A stretch of DNA of 64,000 bases from an uncultured Planctomycetaceae bacterium (GCA_963779015.1 CAVZWY010000029.1:35153-99152); one strand, 5' to 3'; positions 41,191-52,440 are shown, numbered from the stretch's first letter. Numbers and translations: made by a program. The notes: a model not told the origin generated them from the letters alone.

Positions 41191-41667
41191 TTAGCTTTTC
41201 CCTGAAAGGCCCATGCAGTGCGAGACTCCCTGCCAATGAACGCTGAGTTGGTTAGAAATCAGGGCCGCCTTTTTATGGCGCGCATGTATGCGTGCGACAC
41301 TTCCGTAACTTCGGCCTCTGGAAAAAGGGACTTGGCGCAGTTCCAGAAGCGCTTCTTCGTTCGCTGTGCGTTGCCTTTCGAGCGGCACGATGTCTTCAGG
41401 AGCAAGCGGCAGATCAACGACTAATTTGATTTGGTGACGACCCTTTTCACCGAATAGCCAGAGACATCCTGGTGCTGGTGGATACGTCGGCGGCGATGTC
41501 GCCCATACAAGTGCTTCAACATCTGAACGAGAAATCAGTTCGCGCCGCTGTTTAATCCAATTCAGCTGATAGCCCAGCCAGCCGAAGAGACACCCGGCTG
41601 CGGTCACCACCACGAACAGCGTCCGCGTCGTGAAGTGTAGCCAGCGACGTTTAGAGGCTTCATTCAT
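41191..41667 (-). CDS. Planctomycete membrane-anchored hypothetical protein
   Basis: N-terminal RRWLHFTTRTLFVVVT...GWLGYQLNWI..R and AP..LWLFGE, typical of the planctomycete RFSLRTL family. Confidence 0.65.
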   Translation of the reverse strand: MNEASKRRWLHFTTRTLFVVVTAAGCLFGWLGYQLNWIKQRRELISRSDVEALVWATSPPTYPPAPGCLWLFGEKGRHQIKLVVDLPLAPEDIVPLERQRTANEEALLELRQVPFSRGRSYGSVARIHARHKKAALISNQLSVHWQGVSHCMGLSGKS

Positions 41668-41760
41668 TTATTCAGGACCGTTTCAAGCAACTCGTCGAAG
41701 GACCAAAGGTGCACGGCCGGAACAGTGAATTGTCCTCGCACAGTTAGCTCGGGCCAGGCA

Positions 41761-42121
41761 GGAAGCGTCCGTCAAGTTGCGCACATTTGATTTTGGGTTG
41801 GTCCTGGTCTGGTAAGGTTAGCGGCCCGCGAGACCCATTCCAGAGGTCTCACGCGGCCGCAGTGCTTGGTTCATGCGGCCTCGGCCTGCAACAGCCCGTT
41901 CAGCGTATCCTTCACCGTCTGCCGCACGACTTCACCCACGTGCGAGCGAATCTTCTCCTCCTCAATCCGAATTACGCCATCCAAGTTCCCGTCACTTGCC
42001 AATCCTGCTACATTGTCCATCGGGCAGTCCTTTCGTGCTGGTAGGTTCGTTCAACATAAACAAACTTCTACCAGTACCAGGCCTGCCCCTTCAATTTGTG
42101 CGCAATAATCAGGACGTTATT
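41761..42121 (-). mobile_element. Internally deleted IS256-family element (~360 bp)
   Basis: Imperfect terminal IRs cgtcc-N6-ttgcgcaca at both ends; the remnant ORF 42020->41871 (MDNV...IRIEEEKIRSHVGEVVRQTVKDTLNGLLQAEAA*) resembles an IS256 transposase N-terminus. Confidence 0.7.
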
Positions 42122-42166
42122 CTCGGGCATACGCTGTTTCACAATCCATCTAAAGGAGCTTGCCCC

Positions 42167-42478
42167 ATGTTTTCGACCGAACAACGTCGGGCCATGCTGC
42201 CCTGGACTCCGATGGGCTTCTGCGTGTTCTTATCGCTGGTCACGATCGTTGCCAACTTGGCGCTGTCCGTCGTGAACCACACGGATACCGGAGGATGGGC
42301 TACGGGGTTTCTCTGCTTTTTACCGTTCTGCTTTTTTCTTGTCGGTTTTGCCGCGGCGCGTATGCAGACCGAGATCAACGAGCTGCGACGTCAAATCGCG
42401 CAGTTGCGCCACCGATCGCCCCGCCTAAACTGTCGTGTCGCAGGAATCCCAAACTGCCCCACTTCCCAAGAGGAATAG
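42167..42478 (+). CDS. Small membrane protein (2 TM + coiled coil)
   Basis: RBS aaggag; hydrophobic segments, FLCFLPFCFF, MQTEINELRRQI. Confidence 0.6.
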   Translation: MFSTEQRRAMLPWTPMGFCVFLSLVTIVANLALSVVNHTDTGGWATGFLCFLPFCFFLVGFAAARMQTEINELRRQIAQLRHRSPRLNCRVAGIPNCPTSQEE

Positions 42479-42498
42479 TTCAACAGACTGCTAACCCA

Positions 42499-43056
42499 TT
42501 AGTTCTCGGGTGTACCGTCGCTGTTAGCAGGTGTAGTTTTTGCGGCGGGTTGATTTACGACAACTCTTTCAAGGGAGACCATCGTTCGACCTTCATTCGT
42601 GGAATACGAAATGTCGGTGGGACGATCCCCCTTCGCGTCTGGATCGGCGAAGCAGATTTGCCAAACGCCTTTGGGGTTGAACTTGTAGATTCCTTGCAGT
42701 TTTTTGCCTTTGTGCGGGCCGTCAAGAAACGTCAGCTCGATTTCCTTCGGCGATTTCGAAGGGTCCAGCGTGAACGAGAGCTTCACATCGTCGATCTTCA
42801 TTCCACTCCATCGAATCTCGTTCCCTTTAATCGTCCAACGCCACTGCGACTTGCTGAACGGTGGATTGCTGATCCGCTCCGGCCACCAATCCGAGTAGTA
42901 GATGTCGAATTTCCAATTCCCTTGCAGAGCCTGAACCGCGCCGTTCGCGGGCTTTGCATCAAGGCGGTTCTCGCAGACTATGGCCCATGCGAGCCCCGAA
43001 ACCCAGACAGCCGTCAACAGGTACACGCCGCCGTACCTCAATCGTCGATCGAACAT
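42499..43056 (-). CDS. TIGR03067-domain planctomycete protein
   Basis: LQGNW, FTLDPSKSPKEIEL, GIYK..G.WQICF...RPT. Confidence 0.8.
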   Translation of the reverse strand: MFDRRLRYGGVYLLTAVWVSGLAWAIVCENRLDAKPANGAVQALQGNWKFDIYYSDWWPERISNPPFSKSQWRWTIKGNEIRWSGMKIDDVKLSFTLDPSKSPKEIELTFLDGPHKGKKLQGIYKFNPKGVWQICFADPDAKGDRPTDISYSTNEGRTMVSLERVVVNQPAAKTTPANSDGTPEN

Positions 43057-43423
43057 TGATCGACCCTCTAAATGGTGCAACCATCGAACGGACACCAACG
43101 ATTGTCGAATTATTGAACGCGCGGTTGCGAATCGAGTTGCAGCTTACTGTGGCGACACCGGCGCCCGTATTCTGATCGTCGCTGGCCCACGAATCAAGCG
43201 ATCCAAGGTGCGCCAGTCCGACACACCGATTGCGTTTTGGTCGTTACGGCACGCCGACAAGTTCGACGTTGTCGAAAACCGTTCGTTTGCCGGCAGTCGT
43301 TGCCGCAAGTCGCGAGAGTGACGAATCTTCGGGCAACGAGCCCTGAGAACTCATCTCGTAATTCAAAGTCCCGCATCGCCGTCAAATCGGCGGCTCTTGA
43401 TTCTGCAATATTTGGCAGGCACG

Positions 43424-45004
43424 CTACCTCGACCAAGACCGACGAGCTTCGGGGTGCGCCGTCAGCCAAACATCAGGGAGTAGCGCCCCAGCCGCGGGTG
43501 GCGAATGTCCTGACAACTGGACCAGCAGATCGCGCACATAGGCAAACGGCTCGACCTGATTCGCCTTGGCGCTCGCCAGGACGCTGTAAAGAACCGCCGC
43601 AGCGGTGCCGCCATTGTCGCTGCCCAGGAACAAGTAATTCTTGCGACCAATCGCCACGGGCCGGACCATCCGTTCGCTGAGGTTGTTGTCGATGCTAAGC
43701 GATCCATTCTCGCAGTAGCGGACCAGGCCGTCCCAACGCGGCAGCACGTACTGCAATGCTTGGCCGACCGGGCTCTTGGGCAGCACCGTCTGCTCGGTCG
43801 CTTCCAGCCACTGCCGAAACTCCGCGAGCAAGGGGCACGAATGTTGTTGCCGCAACGCCCATCTCTGGCGATGCCAGACCAACCACGCTTGCTCGCTTTC
43901 GAGTCCGTCGGGACCGACCAACTCCTTGGCGTCGCGTTCGACGCGATACAGCCGCGCAATGTGAGCAAGCGCAGTGTGGGCGACCTCGGGCTGCACGGTG
44001 CGCGCGTCGTAGAACTTCCGTCGGGCGTGCGCCCAGCAGAGCACCTGCTTTACGATGCCGGCAGCATAGATCCCGTCATAGCCGGCAAAGGCATCCGCAT
44101 GGAGGTAGCCCTCGAACGTCGCTAGGAACTCCGCCGGCCCATCGCGTCTACGACTCGTCGTGTAATCGTAAACCGTGTAGGGATTCCGCCAGTCGCCGCA
44201 GTAGACCCAGAATCGCGCCGTTCGCGTCTTGGGCAAGCTGGCGTCGAGCACGGGAACCGGAGTATCGTCCGTGTGGATCGACTCCGATGAGCGAACCCGC
44301 TGGACCATCGCCTGATAGACGGGTTCCAGCACCGCCGCCGTCTGCATCGCCCAGCGGCACAGCGTACTTCGCGATAGTTCCACGCCACTACGGGAGAACA
44401 CGTCTTCAAGTCGGTATAGCGGGAGATGATCGGCGTACTTGCTGACCACGACGCTGCTTAACAAGCCGGGTCCTGGGAGTCCCTTGGCAATTGGCTTGTT
44501 GGGGACGGCAGCAATGGCCACCTGTTCTTGACAGCGGCGGCAGGCGTACTTCCAGCGTCGATGCTCGATGACTTTCAGAACGGCAGGCACAAATTCCAAT
44601 TGCTCGCTCCTTTCGCAGCCGATTCGCTGGCGTGTCTCTCGGCAGCACGGGCACAGCCTTTCAGCGTCGGCAAGATCGTGTTCCACAACTTCGCGAGGGA
44701 GGTGAGTAGGAAGAGGTCCACGACCGCCACCACGGCGGCGATGTTCTTGAACGACGACTGGGGATTCATCGACTGCTTCGTGATTCGCCACATGGTCGAG
44801 CAACTCGTCGGGCTGGAACAGTGGCAGTTGATTCGGGTCGACGCGCTCGGCATGGGGGCCATACTTGCCACGCAGCAGCCGTTCGACGTAATGCTTGACT
44901 TGTTGCAACTCCCGCTGCAACTCGCCAATCGTCGACTGCTGCTCGGCAATGATCTGATGACAGAGCGTCAGGTCGTTCGGGCGTGAGGTGGCATCCGTGC
45001 TCAT
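43424..45004 (-). CDS. tnpC: IS66 transposase TnpC
   Basis: CPCC zinc finger, KYADHLPLYR, HTDDT, CWAHARRKF, IDNN.SER..RPVAIGRKNYLF. Confidence 0.95.
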   Translation of the reverse strand: MSTDATSRPNDLTLCHQIIAEQQSTIGELQRELQQVKHYVERLLRGKYGPHAERVDPNQLPLFQPDELLDHVANHEAVDESPVVVQEHRRRGGGRGPLPTHLPREVVEHDLADAERLCPCCRETRQRIGCERSEQLEFVPAVLKVIEHRRWKYACRRCQEQVAIAAVPNKPIAKGLPGPGLLSSVVVSKYADHLPLYRLEDVFSRSGVELSRSTLCRWAMQTAAVLEPVYQAMVQRVRSSESIHTDDTPVPVLDASLPKTRTARFWVYCGDWRNPYTVYDYTTSRRRDGPAEFLATFEGYLHADAFAGYDGIYAAGIVKQVLCWAHARRKFYDARTVQPEVAHTALAHIARLYRVERDAKELVGPDGLESEQAWLVWHRQRWALRQQHSCPLLAEFRQWLEATEQTVLPKSPVGQALQYVLPRWDGLVRYCENGSLSIDNNLSERMVRPVAIGRKNYLFLGSDNGGTAAAVLYSVLASAKANQVEPFAYVRDLLVQLSGHSPPAAGALLPDVWLTAHPEARRSWSR

Positions 45005-45058
45005 AACCCATAGAACGCGCCCAGCATTGAAAAGGTTCGCTCTGAATGGAAAAACATC

Positions 45059-45415
45059 TCAAGCCGTTTGTCGAAATCTTTTCCGCCTTCGCACACTCGC
45101 CAGTTCGATGCCGCCCAAGAGCAAGCTCAGTTCGGTGGGTGTGAGCGACACGTGCTTGTCATCTTCATGGACGACCGGCAACTCAAAAGTGCCGACTTCG
45201 AGCCGTTTGTACCAAATCGCCAAACCGTCTTCGTCCCACCAGAGCAGCTTGACTCGGTCACGGCGGCGATTGACGAAGATGAACAGCCCGCCCTGGAGCA
45301 CGTCTCTCGCAGCCTGCTGCTCGGCGAGTCGCATCAGGCCGTCGAATCCCTTTCGCATGTCGGTAGCTCCGATGCAGAAGTAGATCGCCATGGTGCCAGG
45401 AGCGAGCGCGAGCAT
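45059..45415 (-). CDS. tnpB: IS66 accessory protein TnpB (Orf2)
   Basis: TDMRKGFDGL, FIFVNRRRDRVKLLWWD.DG....KRLE.G.F. Confidence 0.95.
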   Translation of the reverse strand: MLALAPGTMAIYFCIGATDMRKGFDGLMRLAEQQAARDVLQGGLFIFVNRRRDRVKLLWWDEDGLAIWYKRLEVGTFELPVVHEDDKHVSLTPTELSLLLGGIELASVRRRKRFRQTA

Positions 45416-45756
45416 CAGCTTGCCTTCAGCGAGTGCAGAACGGCGCGAAGTAGCTCAACGTCTACGCCTGGCTCAATACGGAGCGTTGCGCCGTGAATCT
45501 GCAGCGTGATCGGCGAGCCCCTCAGGCTAGCGACTGATACTGGTACGAACGCGGGCGTCGGATCTTTCACCGACCGTGCCGGGATCCTCGTTGGCTTGAC
45601 GCCGAGCGTTCGCTTCCACAAATGAAACTGCGATTCCGTGAGGTTTCGATCGTTGCAGAACGCCCGTATCTTCTGTCCGCTCTCCTTCCAGTCGGCTATC
45701 TGCTGTCGCCAGTACTCTGAAGACTCGGCCCGGCTCCGACGTTGACGCTTAACCAT
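45415..45756 (-). CDS. tnpA: IS66 TnpA (HTH)
   Basis: W...I..W..SG....AFC....L....F..W, FVPV; TGATG overlap with tnpB. Confidence 0.88.
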   Translation of the reverse strand: MVKRQRRSRAESSEYWRQQIADWKESGQKIRAFCNDRNLTESQFHLWKRTLGVKPTRIPARSVKDPTPAFVPVSVASLRGSPITLQIHGATLRIEPGVDVELLRAVLHSLKAS

Positions 45757-45867
45757 CGCTCGCACTCCCGAGGTCGGGGATTGAAAACCTCAGGCTAGCA
45801 GGTGCGTCAAGATGTGGTTCGTGTGACGGTTACTGAATTATAGTACCGCCCTCAAGGGAACGGCCTG

Positions 45868-47172
45868 CTAGACCTCGGCCAATCGTTCGTCGGCGTCGCC
45901 GAACGATTTGAGCCGCACGCCGGCGTGGTCCATCAACGACAGGTAGAGGCTGCACATCTTGCGGCTGGGCTGGTCGCGATAGTCGAGCACGCGGCCCGTT
46001 TCCAGTCTTCCGCCGCCGCGACCCACGACAACCACGGGCAGTTTGGTGGCGTCGTGGCTGCCCGTGAGCATGCTCGAGCAGAACAAGAGCAGCGAATTGT
46101 CGAGCGCCGTTCGCTCACCTTCCTGGATCGCGTCGAGCTTGCGGGCGATGTAGCCGACTTGCTCGAGGAAGAACTGGTTTACTTTCAGCCAGTCGTCCGT
46201 GTCCGAGTGCGAGAGCAAATGGTGGATCATGTAATCCACGCCCAGGTTGGGAAAACGCAGCGAGCTGTGATCGTTGTTCAACTTCAGCGTGCAGACGCGC
46301 GTGGTGTCGGTCTGGAAACCAAGCACGAGGATATCGCACATCAGCCGCATGTGCTCGCCGATGTCCTGCGGAATGCCGTCGGCCGGACGCGGCATGTCGG
46401 GCGCGGACAAGGTAGGCCGCCAGCCCTGCATTTCGCCCCGTTTGCCGGCACGTTCAATGCGTTGTTCCACTTCGCGCACCGAGTCGAGATATTCGTCCAG
46501 CTTGCGCTGGTCGGACTGGCTGATCTGGCCGCGGATGTCCCGGGCGTCGTCCAGCACCGCATCGAGCACGCTTTGGTCGCCGCGCTGCACCTCATCCTTG
46601 AACAACCGGTCGAATGCCAACGCCGGATACAACTCGAGCGGCGTGGGCGTGGTCGGCGAGCTCCAAGAAATGTGCGAGCTGTAGAGCATCGAATAGTTCT
46701 TGTGAACCGAAGGATTCGACTTTTCGCAACCCAGCACGAGGCTGGGCACCTTCGTGGACTTGCCCCGCTGTTGGGCGATCACCTGATCGATGCTCGTGCC
46801 AGAGCGAATCTCTCCGCCGGAGGCCAACGGCGCGCCGGACAGCAGGTTGCCGGTTTGCGAGCTGTGGATGTTGCCTTTGAGCGCCTCGGCGTTGTGCAGC
46901 CCCTGGACGACCAGCAACTTCTCGCGAAAGTCGTTCAGCGGCGCCAGCACTTTGCCCAGCTCCATGTCGCGCCCCTGGCCCTTGGCCCACCACTCGCGCG
47001 TGTGGAAACCGTTGCCGGAAAACAGCGCGGCGAAGCGTACCGGAGCCTGGCTGGCTGCGTCATCGCCGGTCGTCTCGTCGCCCCAAACCGGCAGCGATTC
47101 GAGCCACGGCAGCGCCATGCTCACGCCCACGCCGCGTAAGAATGTCCGTCGGCAAAAGTGATGGTTCGTCAT
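45868..47172 (-). CDS. DUF1552-domain protein (Tat-like RR)
   Basis: RRTFLRGVG..MALPWLESL, SIDQ.IA, ISW, FDRLF, D..KLDEYL.SVRE.E.RI. Confidence 0.9.
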   Translation of the reverse strand: MTNHHFCRRTFLRGVGVSMALPWLESLPVWGDETTGDDAASQAPVRFAALFSGNGFHTREWWAKGQGRDMELGKVLAPLNDFREKLLVVQGLHNAEALKGNIHSSQTGNLLSGAPLASGGEIRSGTSIDQVIAQQRGKSTKVPSLVLGCEKSNPSVHKNYSMLYSSHISWSSPTTPTPLELYPALAFDRLFKDEVQRGDQSVLDAVLDDARDIRGQISQSDQRKLDEYLDSVREVEQRIERAGKRGEMQGWRPTLSAPDMPRPADGIPQDIGEHMRLMCDILVLGFQTDTTRVCTLKLNNDHSSLRFPNLGVDYMIHHLLSHSDTDDWLKVNQFFLEQVGYIARKLDAIQEGERTALDNSLLLFCSSMLTGSHDATKLPVVVVGRGGGRLETGRVLDYRDQPSRKMCSLYLSLMDHAGVRLKSFGDADERLAEV

Positions 47173-47254
47173 CGGTCTTCCTCGCGATTGTTGGCTCGTG
47201 CCGTCCGGTTCATTATGTCCGCGCCGAGCGTGGTTGGAAATACGGAGTGGGGGG

Positions 47255-50200
47255 CTAGTGGGTTTGAGCGACTTCGGCGTCCCTTCCGCGAATCTCGCGG
47301 AATTGTCGGCTGCGCACGATCGATTCAACCGCCGACGAGAACCGATATTCATTGGCTTCCAATTCGCGCCGCATCGTCTTTAGCAGCGGCTGATCCGAAA
47401 GTTGCACGCCGCGTCCCAGCGCAAAGCCGAGCAGTTTGCGGCAGAACTGATCGAGGAATGCATCGCGGCGCTGCGTGAGCAGATAGTCGCGCAAGCCCGA
47501 CATGCCGTTCAGTTCGGTGCCGTCGTTGAGCTTCGTATGCGTGTCGATCGGCCGGCCTGCCAGATCCTTCTCGCGGTGACGCCCGATCGTGTCGAAGGCT
47601 TCCAGCGAAAAGCCCAAGGGATCGATGCGGACATGGCAACCGGCACAGCGGGCGTCGCTGGCGTGTTTTTCCACCAGTTGCCGCACCGTGAGATCCTGGA
47701 TCGCGGTCTCGTCCTCGGGCAGCGTCGGCACGTCCTTGGGCGGCTTGGGCAATTTTTCGCCGAGCAGCACTTCCGATACCCAATTGCCGCGGAGCGTGGG
47801 GCTGGTGCGCGACGCGCCGGAGTGCTTGGCCAAGGTCGCCGCCAGACCAAGAATCCCGCCACGGCCGTACTGGCTCACTCCGTCCACCCGGCGCCACTCG
47901 GGGCCAGTCACGCCGGGAATCCCGTAGAACGCGGCCAGCGGCTCGTTGAGCAGCGCGTGGTCCGCGTCGAGTACGCTGAGCACCGACGCATCGCGTTGGA
48001 ACAGATCGGTGAAAAAGCGGATCGACTCTTCGTACATATCGGCGCGCAACGTGGCAAACTCGGGAAAGTGGCTTTCGCTCTTTTCGTCCAGCGTGTCGAA
48101 CTCATAGATGTGCAGCCATTGCGCGGCAAACTGGACCGCCATTCGGCGAATGCGCTCATCGCCGAGCATGCGTCGAGCTTGCGCGACGAGCACCTGGGGA
48201 TCTTGCAGTTTGCCCGTTGCCGCCATCGAGCGAAGCTGCTCATCGGCGCGCTCGACCAGAGAAAGTAGCTCAGACGGTTCGCCATGGCCCAATCGGATAC
48301 CGGGCCGGGCGCGCTGCCAGGGGCGCCTGTTCAACGCGATACAAGAATGCCGGCGCGACGAAGATGCGCGCCAAGGTGAAGCGAAACGCTTCTTCGTGCG
48401 ATAGCTCTTCGGCGCGCAACTGCCGATACAAGGCGCGCAGCTCCTCGCTCTCCGCTTCGGTCAATGGCCGGCGATACGCTCGCTCGGCGAACTCGAGCAG
48501 TGCGTCGAGCTGGCGCGGTTCGGCGTCGAGCAAGTCCTGCCGATGCGCCGCCGCCGCATCGTGAATCGGCTTGCGATACGGCTCGAACAGGCCGGGGTCG
48601 CTGTCTTGCGACGCGTACTCCAGCAGTTGGGCGAACGCGTCCACCAGCACCAGCGCGTCGTGGCTGACGAAGTGCAACTCGGCCCACAGCCGGTCGATCC
48701 GAGCCGTTTCCGCTTCGTCGAGCATCAACCGACGCAATGGTTCATCCTCGCGATGGAACAGCGTCAGAGTAATCACCTCGTCAACCGGCACGATTTGCAT
48801 GTAGCACAATGCCCGGGGAAACCAGCGGCGAAAGTCGTCGAAGGCTTGTTGAAAACGCCGGTGGGCCGCACTCCCGTCGTTGGCGACAACTTGCAAATCG
48901 GTGCGCAATTCGACGAGCGACTGCGGCTTGTCGGCTTGCACGGCCAGTTGCACGCTGCCGTCGGCGCCGGAGCGCGGATCGAGCCGGCCGGTGGTGACGA
49001 ACTCGGCGTCGACCACCAAGTCGGCCGGCAGGCGGACTTCGACAACCGACGGCGCCGCGACGCACAAGCTGGCCGCGTCGACGGCCGCGCCGACCGGATC
49101 GTGGCCGAACAGCGCTGGATCGACGCCCCAGACCTCTTGTGCAGCATTGTCGCTTGGCGCGTCATCGTCCGAGTTCGTTGCGGTTGCCGGACGAAACGTT
49201 GCGAACAGGGGACCGCTCAACGAGGTGAGTTGGCGATAGAGCTCTTTGTCGAAGTCCGGCAGCGTGTCCGGCGGACCCTCGGTGAGCAGTTCTTCCAGGG
49301 ACTGCGCCAGTTGCTTTCGCTCGTCGGCCGAGGCAGCCGTTTGCCAGCGGGCCAAGAGCGATCCGGCGGGAATTGTCGCCCCGCGATCGTTGGCTTGCAC
49401 GGGCTCGGTGTAGAAATGCCACACGCCATCATTGCCAAAGCGATCGGCGTGCGGGTTGCCGGCCAGCACATCCGGGCTGACGTCCGCAGTCAGGCTCCAG
49501 GCCTTGTCGCCGTCGCCCGCAGCCGTGATCGTGAACTCAATGTCCGTCAAGTCGCACGAATGATTTGCTTCCCTTGGACCGATCACCAGCGAAATCAAAT
49601 CGCCTTGCTGCACGGCGAGCGACTCGACCGGCGGAATCGGCACGGCGGCCCCTCCGGTGGCTTCACCTCGCGCGATCATTTGCCGAGTGGGGCCGCGGCG
49701 CAACTCGACCGCCCACGTCACGCCATTGCCGCACTCTGGATGGGCACGCATCACGGCGCCCTCGACGCGCACCACGCCGGATATCGGACTGCGCCAGCCA
49801 ACCGCGGCGGAAAGCGTGGGCGACGGGTGTACCGTCACTCCGTGCGGCTTCATGTTGCCCGGAATCCGCACGTGCTCGTCCGACGAATTGGCAAACAGGC
49901 TTGGAGTGGCGGTGGTCCCCCAGCCTTTGACAAAGTCGTGGCCGCCGGCTTCTTCGAGCTTTTGCGTGAACAGATCGAGCTTGGGATCCGCCACGCTGCC
50001 GATGCCGAGAAAATCCAGCCAGGCGGTGAGCGTGGGCTCGTCGACGCCATGCTTTGCAGCCAGCGCGGCCACGCTGATGCTCTCGGTCGAACGCGCGGCT
50101 TCATCGGCGGCAGCCAGCGACGCGGCGGTCGCTGCAAAGATATCGCCACGGTGCGCGACGAGTTGCCGCGCCAACTCTCGCACGTCGCACAGCAAAAGAT

Positions 50201-51408
50201 CGGGGCGTCCCGGCGTTACCAAGCGGGGCTGATGCCAGAGGACGGTGTCGCCCGTCGGGCCGTCACCGGCCTCGCCCGCCACCAGATAGAGCGTCACTTC
50301 GTTGCCGCTGGCCGGCGCGGGGATTTTCATGCGCACTTCTTGCACGGCGGCAAGCGGATTGACCGGCGCCATCCAGTCCTTCATGTGACCGACGGCCTGA
50401 AATTTGGTGAGCACTTCTTGCCAGCGCAACTTCCGCCTGGATCGCAGCCTCCTCGCCGGGCTGTGCGTCGCGCCACGACTGCTGCACTCGGGCAATAAGT
50501 TGTGATGGCCGCGGATCGTTGAGCACTTGCCACAGCGAGGTCGCGTACTTCGCGCTCAGTCCGTGTTCGCGGGCCACGTCCGCCGGCGCCTTGTCTCCGG
50601 CGGCCAGCGCATCGCGCTCGGTGAGTAGCGCCGCAAGGTACGCTTGCAACGGCAGCCGGCCACCTTTGTTCGACTCCCAGTGCAAACCCTGCAAGTCGAA
50701 AGAACTGGAGCCGCGCTCGTCGGTGTAGCGGCTGTACGCATGACGAATGCGCGCCAAAATGGCGTCGGTCCAGTCGCGCCGCGAAGTGCTCGGCGAAAAG
50801 CGGAAACCGTCGGGCAGCAGCACGGCATGCGCTGCCAGATCCTTGTCGGCGTCGAAATACTTGGTCAACAGCGAGGGAGACATCGCCATGGCCGCGCCGG
50901 TGTTCGTGAAGCCTTCGCCGGCGGCGCTGTCGGCCGGAAACTCGCGCGCCGGCTGCAGCGGCACACCGGTGAGGTCCTGCACCGTGTACGTATATTGCGC
51001 GTTATTGAGTCGCCGCAGCACGACCGGGCCGGGATCGCCGGCATTGGCGGCCGCTTCGGCGTGCAAATAACGATCGATCCAGCCACGTAGATTCCCGCGC
51101 TCGGCGTCCGAAGGCTGCTCGGCGTCGTCCGGCGGCATCTCGCCGTTGTCGAGCATTTCCGCGACCTTGAGCCACGTGTTCGTGCCACGGCGCACTTCGG
51201 CAAGACTTGCAAATTGTTCGAGGTCGAGCTCCCCCTCCTGAGCCTCGGTGGAATGACAGTCGAGACAGAACTGCTTCACTAGCGGCAGTGTCTGCTCACG
51301 ATAGTCGCGCTCGATCTGGGCAAACGAGTCGTCCACGGCGTCGGCAGCCAGGCATTGGGCACCGGCTGGCAAGGCCAACAAAAGCGAAGCGGCAAACATT
51401 TTGCGCAT
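47255..51408 (-). CDS. Planctomycete cytochrome c + DUF1587/1595/1592/1588/1585 protein (apparent frameshifts ~50425 and ~48255-48325)
   Basis: CLDCH..MPP, LRRLNNAQY, RAYRRP, P.FLYRVE, RLSYFLWSS, RGGILG, TSPTLRG.W, CAGCH..IDPLGF.LE.FD.IGR. Confidence 0.88.
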
Positions 51409-51461
51409 GACATTGGCTCGATCTGGGCGGGACAGTGTAGGGTGGGATCGTGGCGGGAATC

Positions 51462-51746
51462 TCATATCAGAATATCATGCACGACGTTGCCATGCACGTC
51501 CGTCAGTCGGTAGTTGCGGCCGCTGTGGCGGAATGTCAGTTTTTTGTGGTCCAAGCCCATCAGGTGCAGGATCGTGGCGTGGAAGTCGTGGACGTACACC
51601 GGGTTGTTGGCCACACGAATGCCATATTCATCGGTCTCGCCATGAACGACCCCTCGCTTGACTCCCGCGCCGGCAAGGCATGGATGGAATGTCTTGTCGC
51701 GTGGCGGGAGGACGTTGGATTGGACGCACGGCCTGGCAATCCGCAC
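51462..51746 (-). pseudogene. DUF1501 C-terminal remnant
   Basis: LAGAGVKRG..HGETDE.G......VHDFHATILHLMGLDH.KLTFRHSGR..RLTDVHG.VV..I is the DUF1501 C-terminus; only ~70 aa are present. Confidence 0.8.
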
Positions 51747-51753
51747 CGTTTGT

Positions 51754-52440
51754 TTATCGAACGACGTTCAATCGTGCTCGGTGGCTATTGATGTGGGATT
51801 TGAGTAACTGACTGGCCGAGGCTACGTCCCCGGCGGCAAGCAAATCGACAATCTGCTGATGATCGCGCAGGCCTCCTTGCCATTCCGCTTTCTTCACGCT
51901 TTCACGGAATCGCTGGAAGAAAACCACGAGCAGGTCTCCGAACGCGATCAACGGCGACAATCCGCTGGCCGCGATCAATTCGCGATGAAACTCAATGTCC
52001 AGTTGCACGAACTTTGGCAATGATTTCGCCTGCTTCAGCGCCTCGTTGATCTTGATCAGTCGGGCATACACCGAGGCGTCCCGTTGCACGCGTTCGGCAA
52101 CAAATGGCAGCACGCCGACTTCGAGCACGATTCGCGAGTCGATCAGCTCCGTGGGGGAAACGTCGTGGAGCGCCGGGTGGAATCCCAAGTGCTCGGTGAC
52201 CCGTTGCATATTCATCCGCCCGACGGTGAGTCCACGGCCCGGCCTGGCTTCCACGATGCCCAAGAACTCCAGGGCCTTCGTGGCTTCGCGAAGACTCAGC
52301 CGGTTGACTCCGAACTGGGCGGCCAACTCGGTCTCGGTGGGCAGGCGGTCGCCGGGCTGCAGATTTTCATCGCGGATGAACGTCTTGAGCCGCGAGGCCA
52401 CGACGTCGCGAATCTTGCTTCTCTGGACGGTTTTCAGCAT
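51754..52440 (-). CDS. FadR/GntR-family transcriptional regulator
   Basis: GDRLPTETELA..FGVNR.SLREA...L...G......GRG; FCD domain D..FH, DH. Confidence 0.93.
   Translation of the reverse strand: MLKTVQRSKIRDVVASRLKTFIRDENLQPGDRLPTETELAAQFGVNRLSLREATKALEFLGIVEARPGRGLTVGRMNMQRVTEHLGFHPALHDVSPTELIDSRIVLEVGVLPFVAERVQRDASVYARLIKINEALKQAKSLPKFVQLDIEFHRELIAASGLSPLIAFGDLLVVFFQRFRESVKKAEWQGGLRDHQQIVDLLAAGDVASASQLLKSHINSHRARLNVVR

Larger units (their letters stand above)
43424..45833 (-). mobile_element. IS66-family insertion sequence (tnpA-tnpB-tnpC); right end not resolved
   Basis: Three-gene organisation; left end on the minus strand begins GTAACCGTCACACGAACCACATCTTGAC at 45833. Confidence 0.9.

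Noticed and set aside
43100-43423. IS66 right inverted repeat and target duplication
   Set aside because: cgaattat at 43106 resembles the tgaattat flank at 45834, but no convincing GTAA-initiated IR follows; the only GTAA (43358) matches poorly
45059-45415. TnpB as an RNA-guided Cas12-ancestor nuclease
   Set aside because: This is the small IS66 Orf2 accessory protein with no RuvC motifs; the IS200 element at 7.6-8.2 kb has no tnpB
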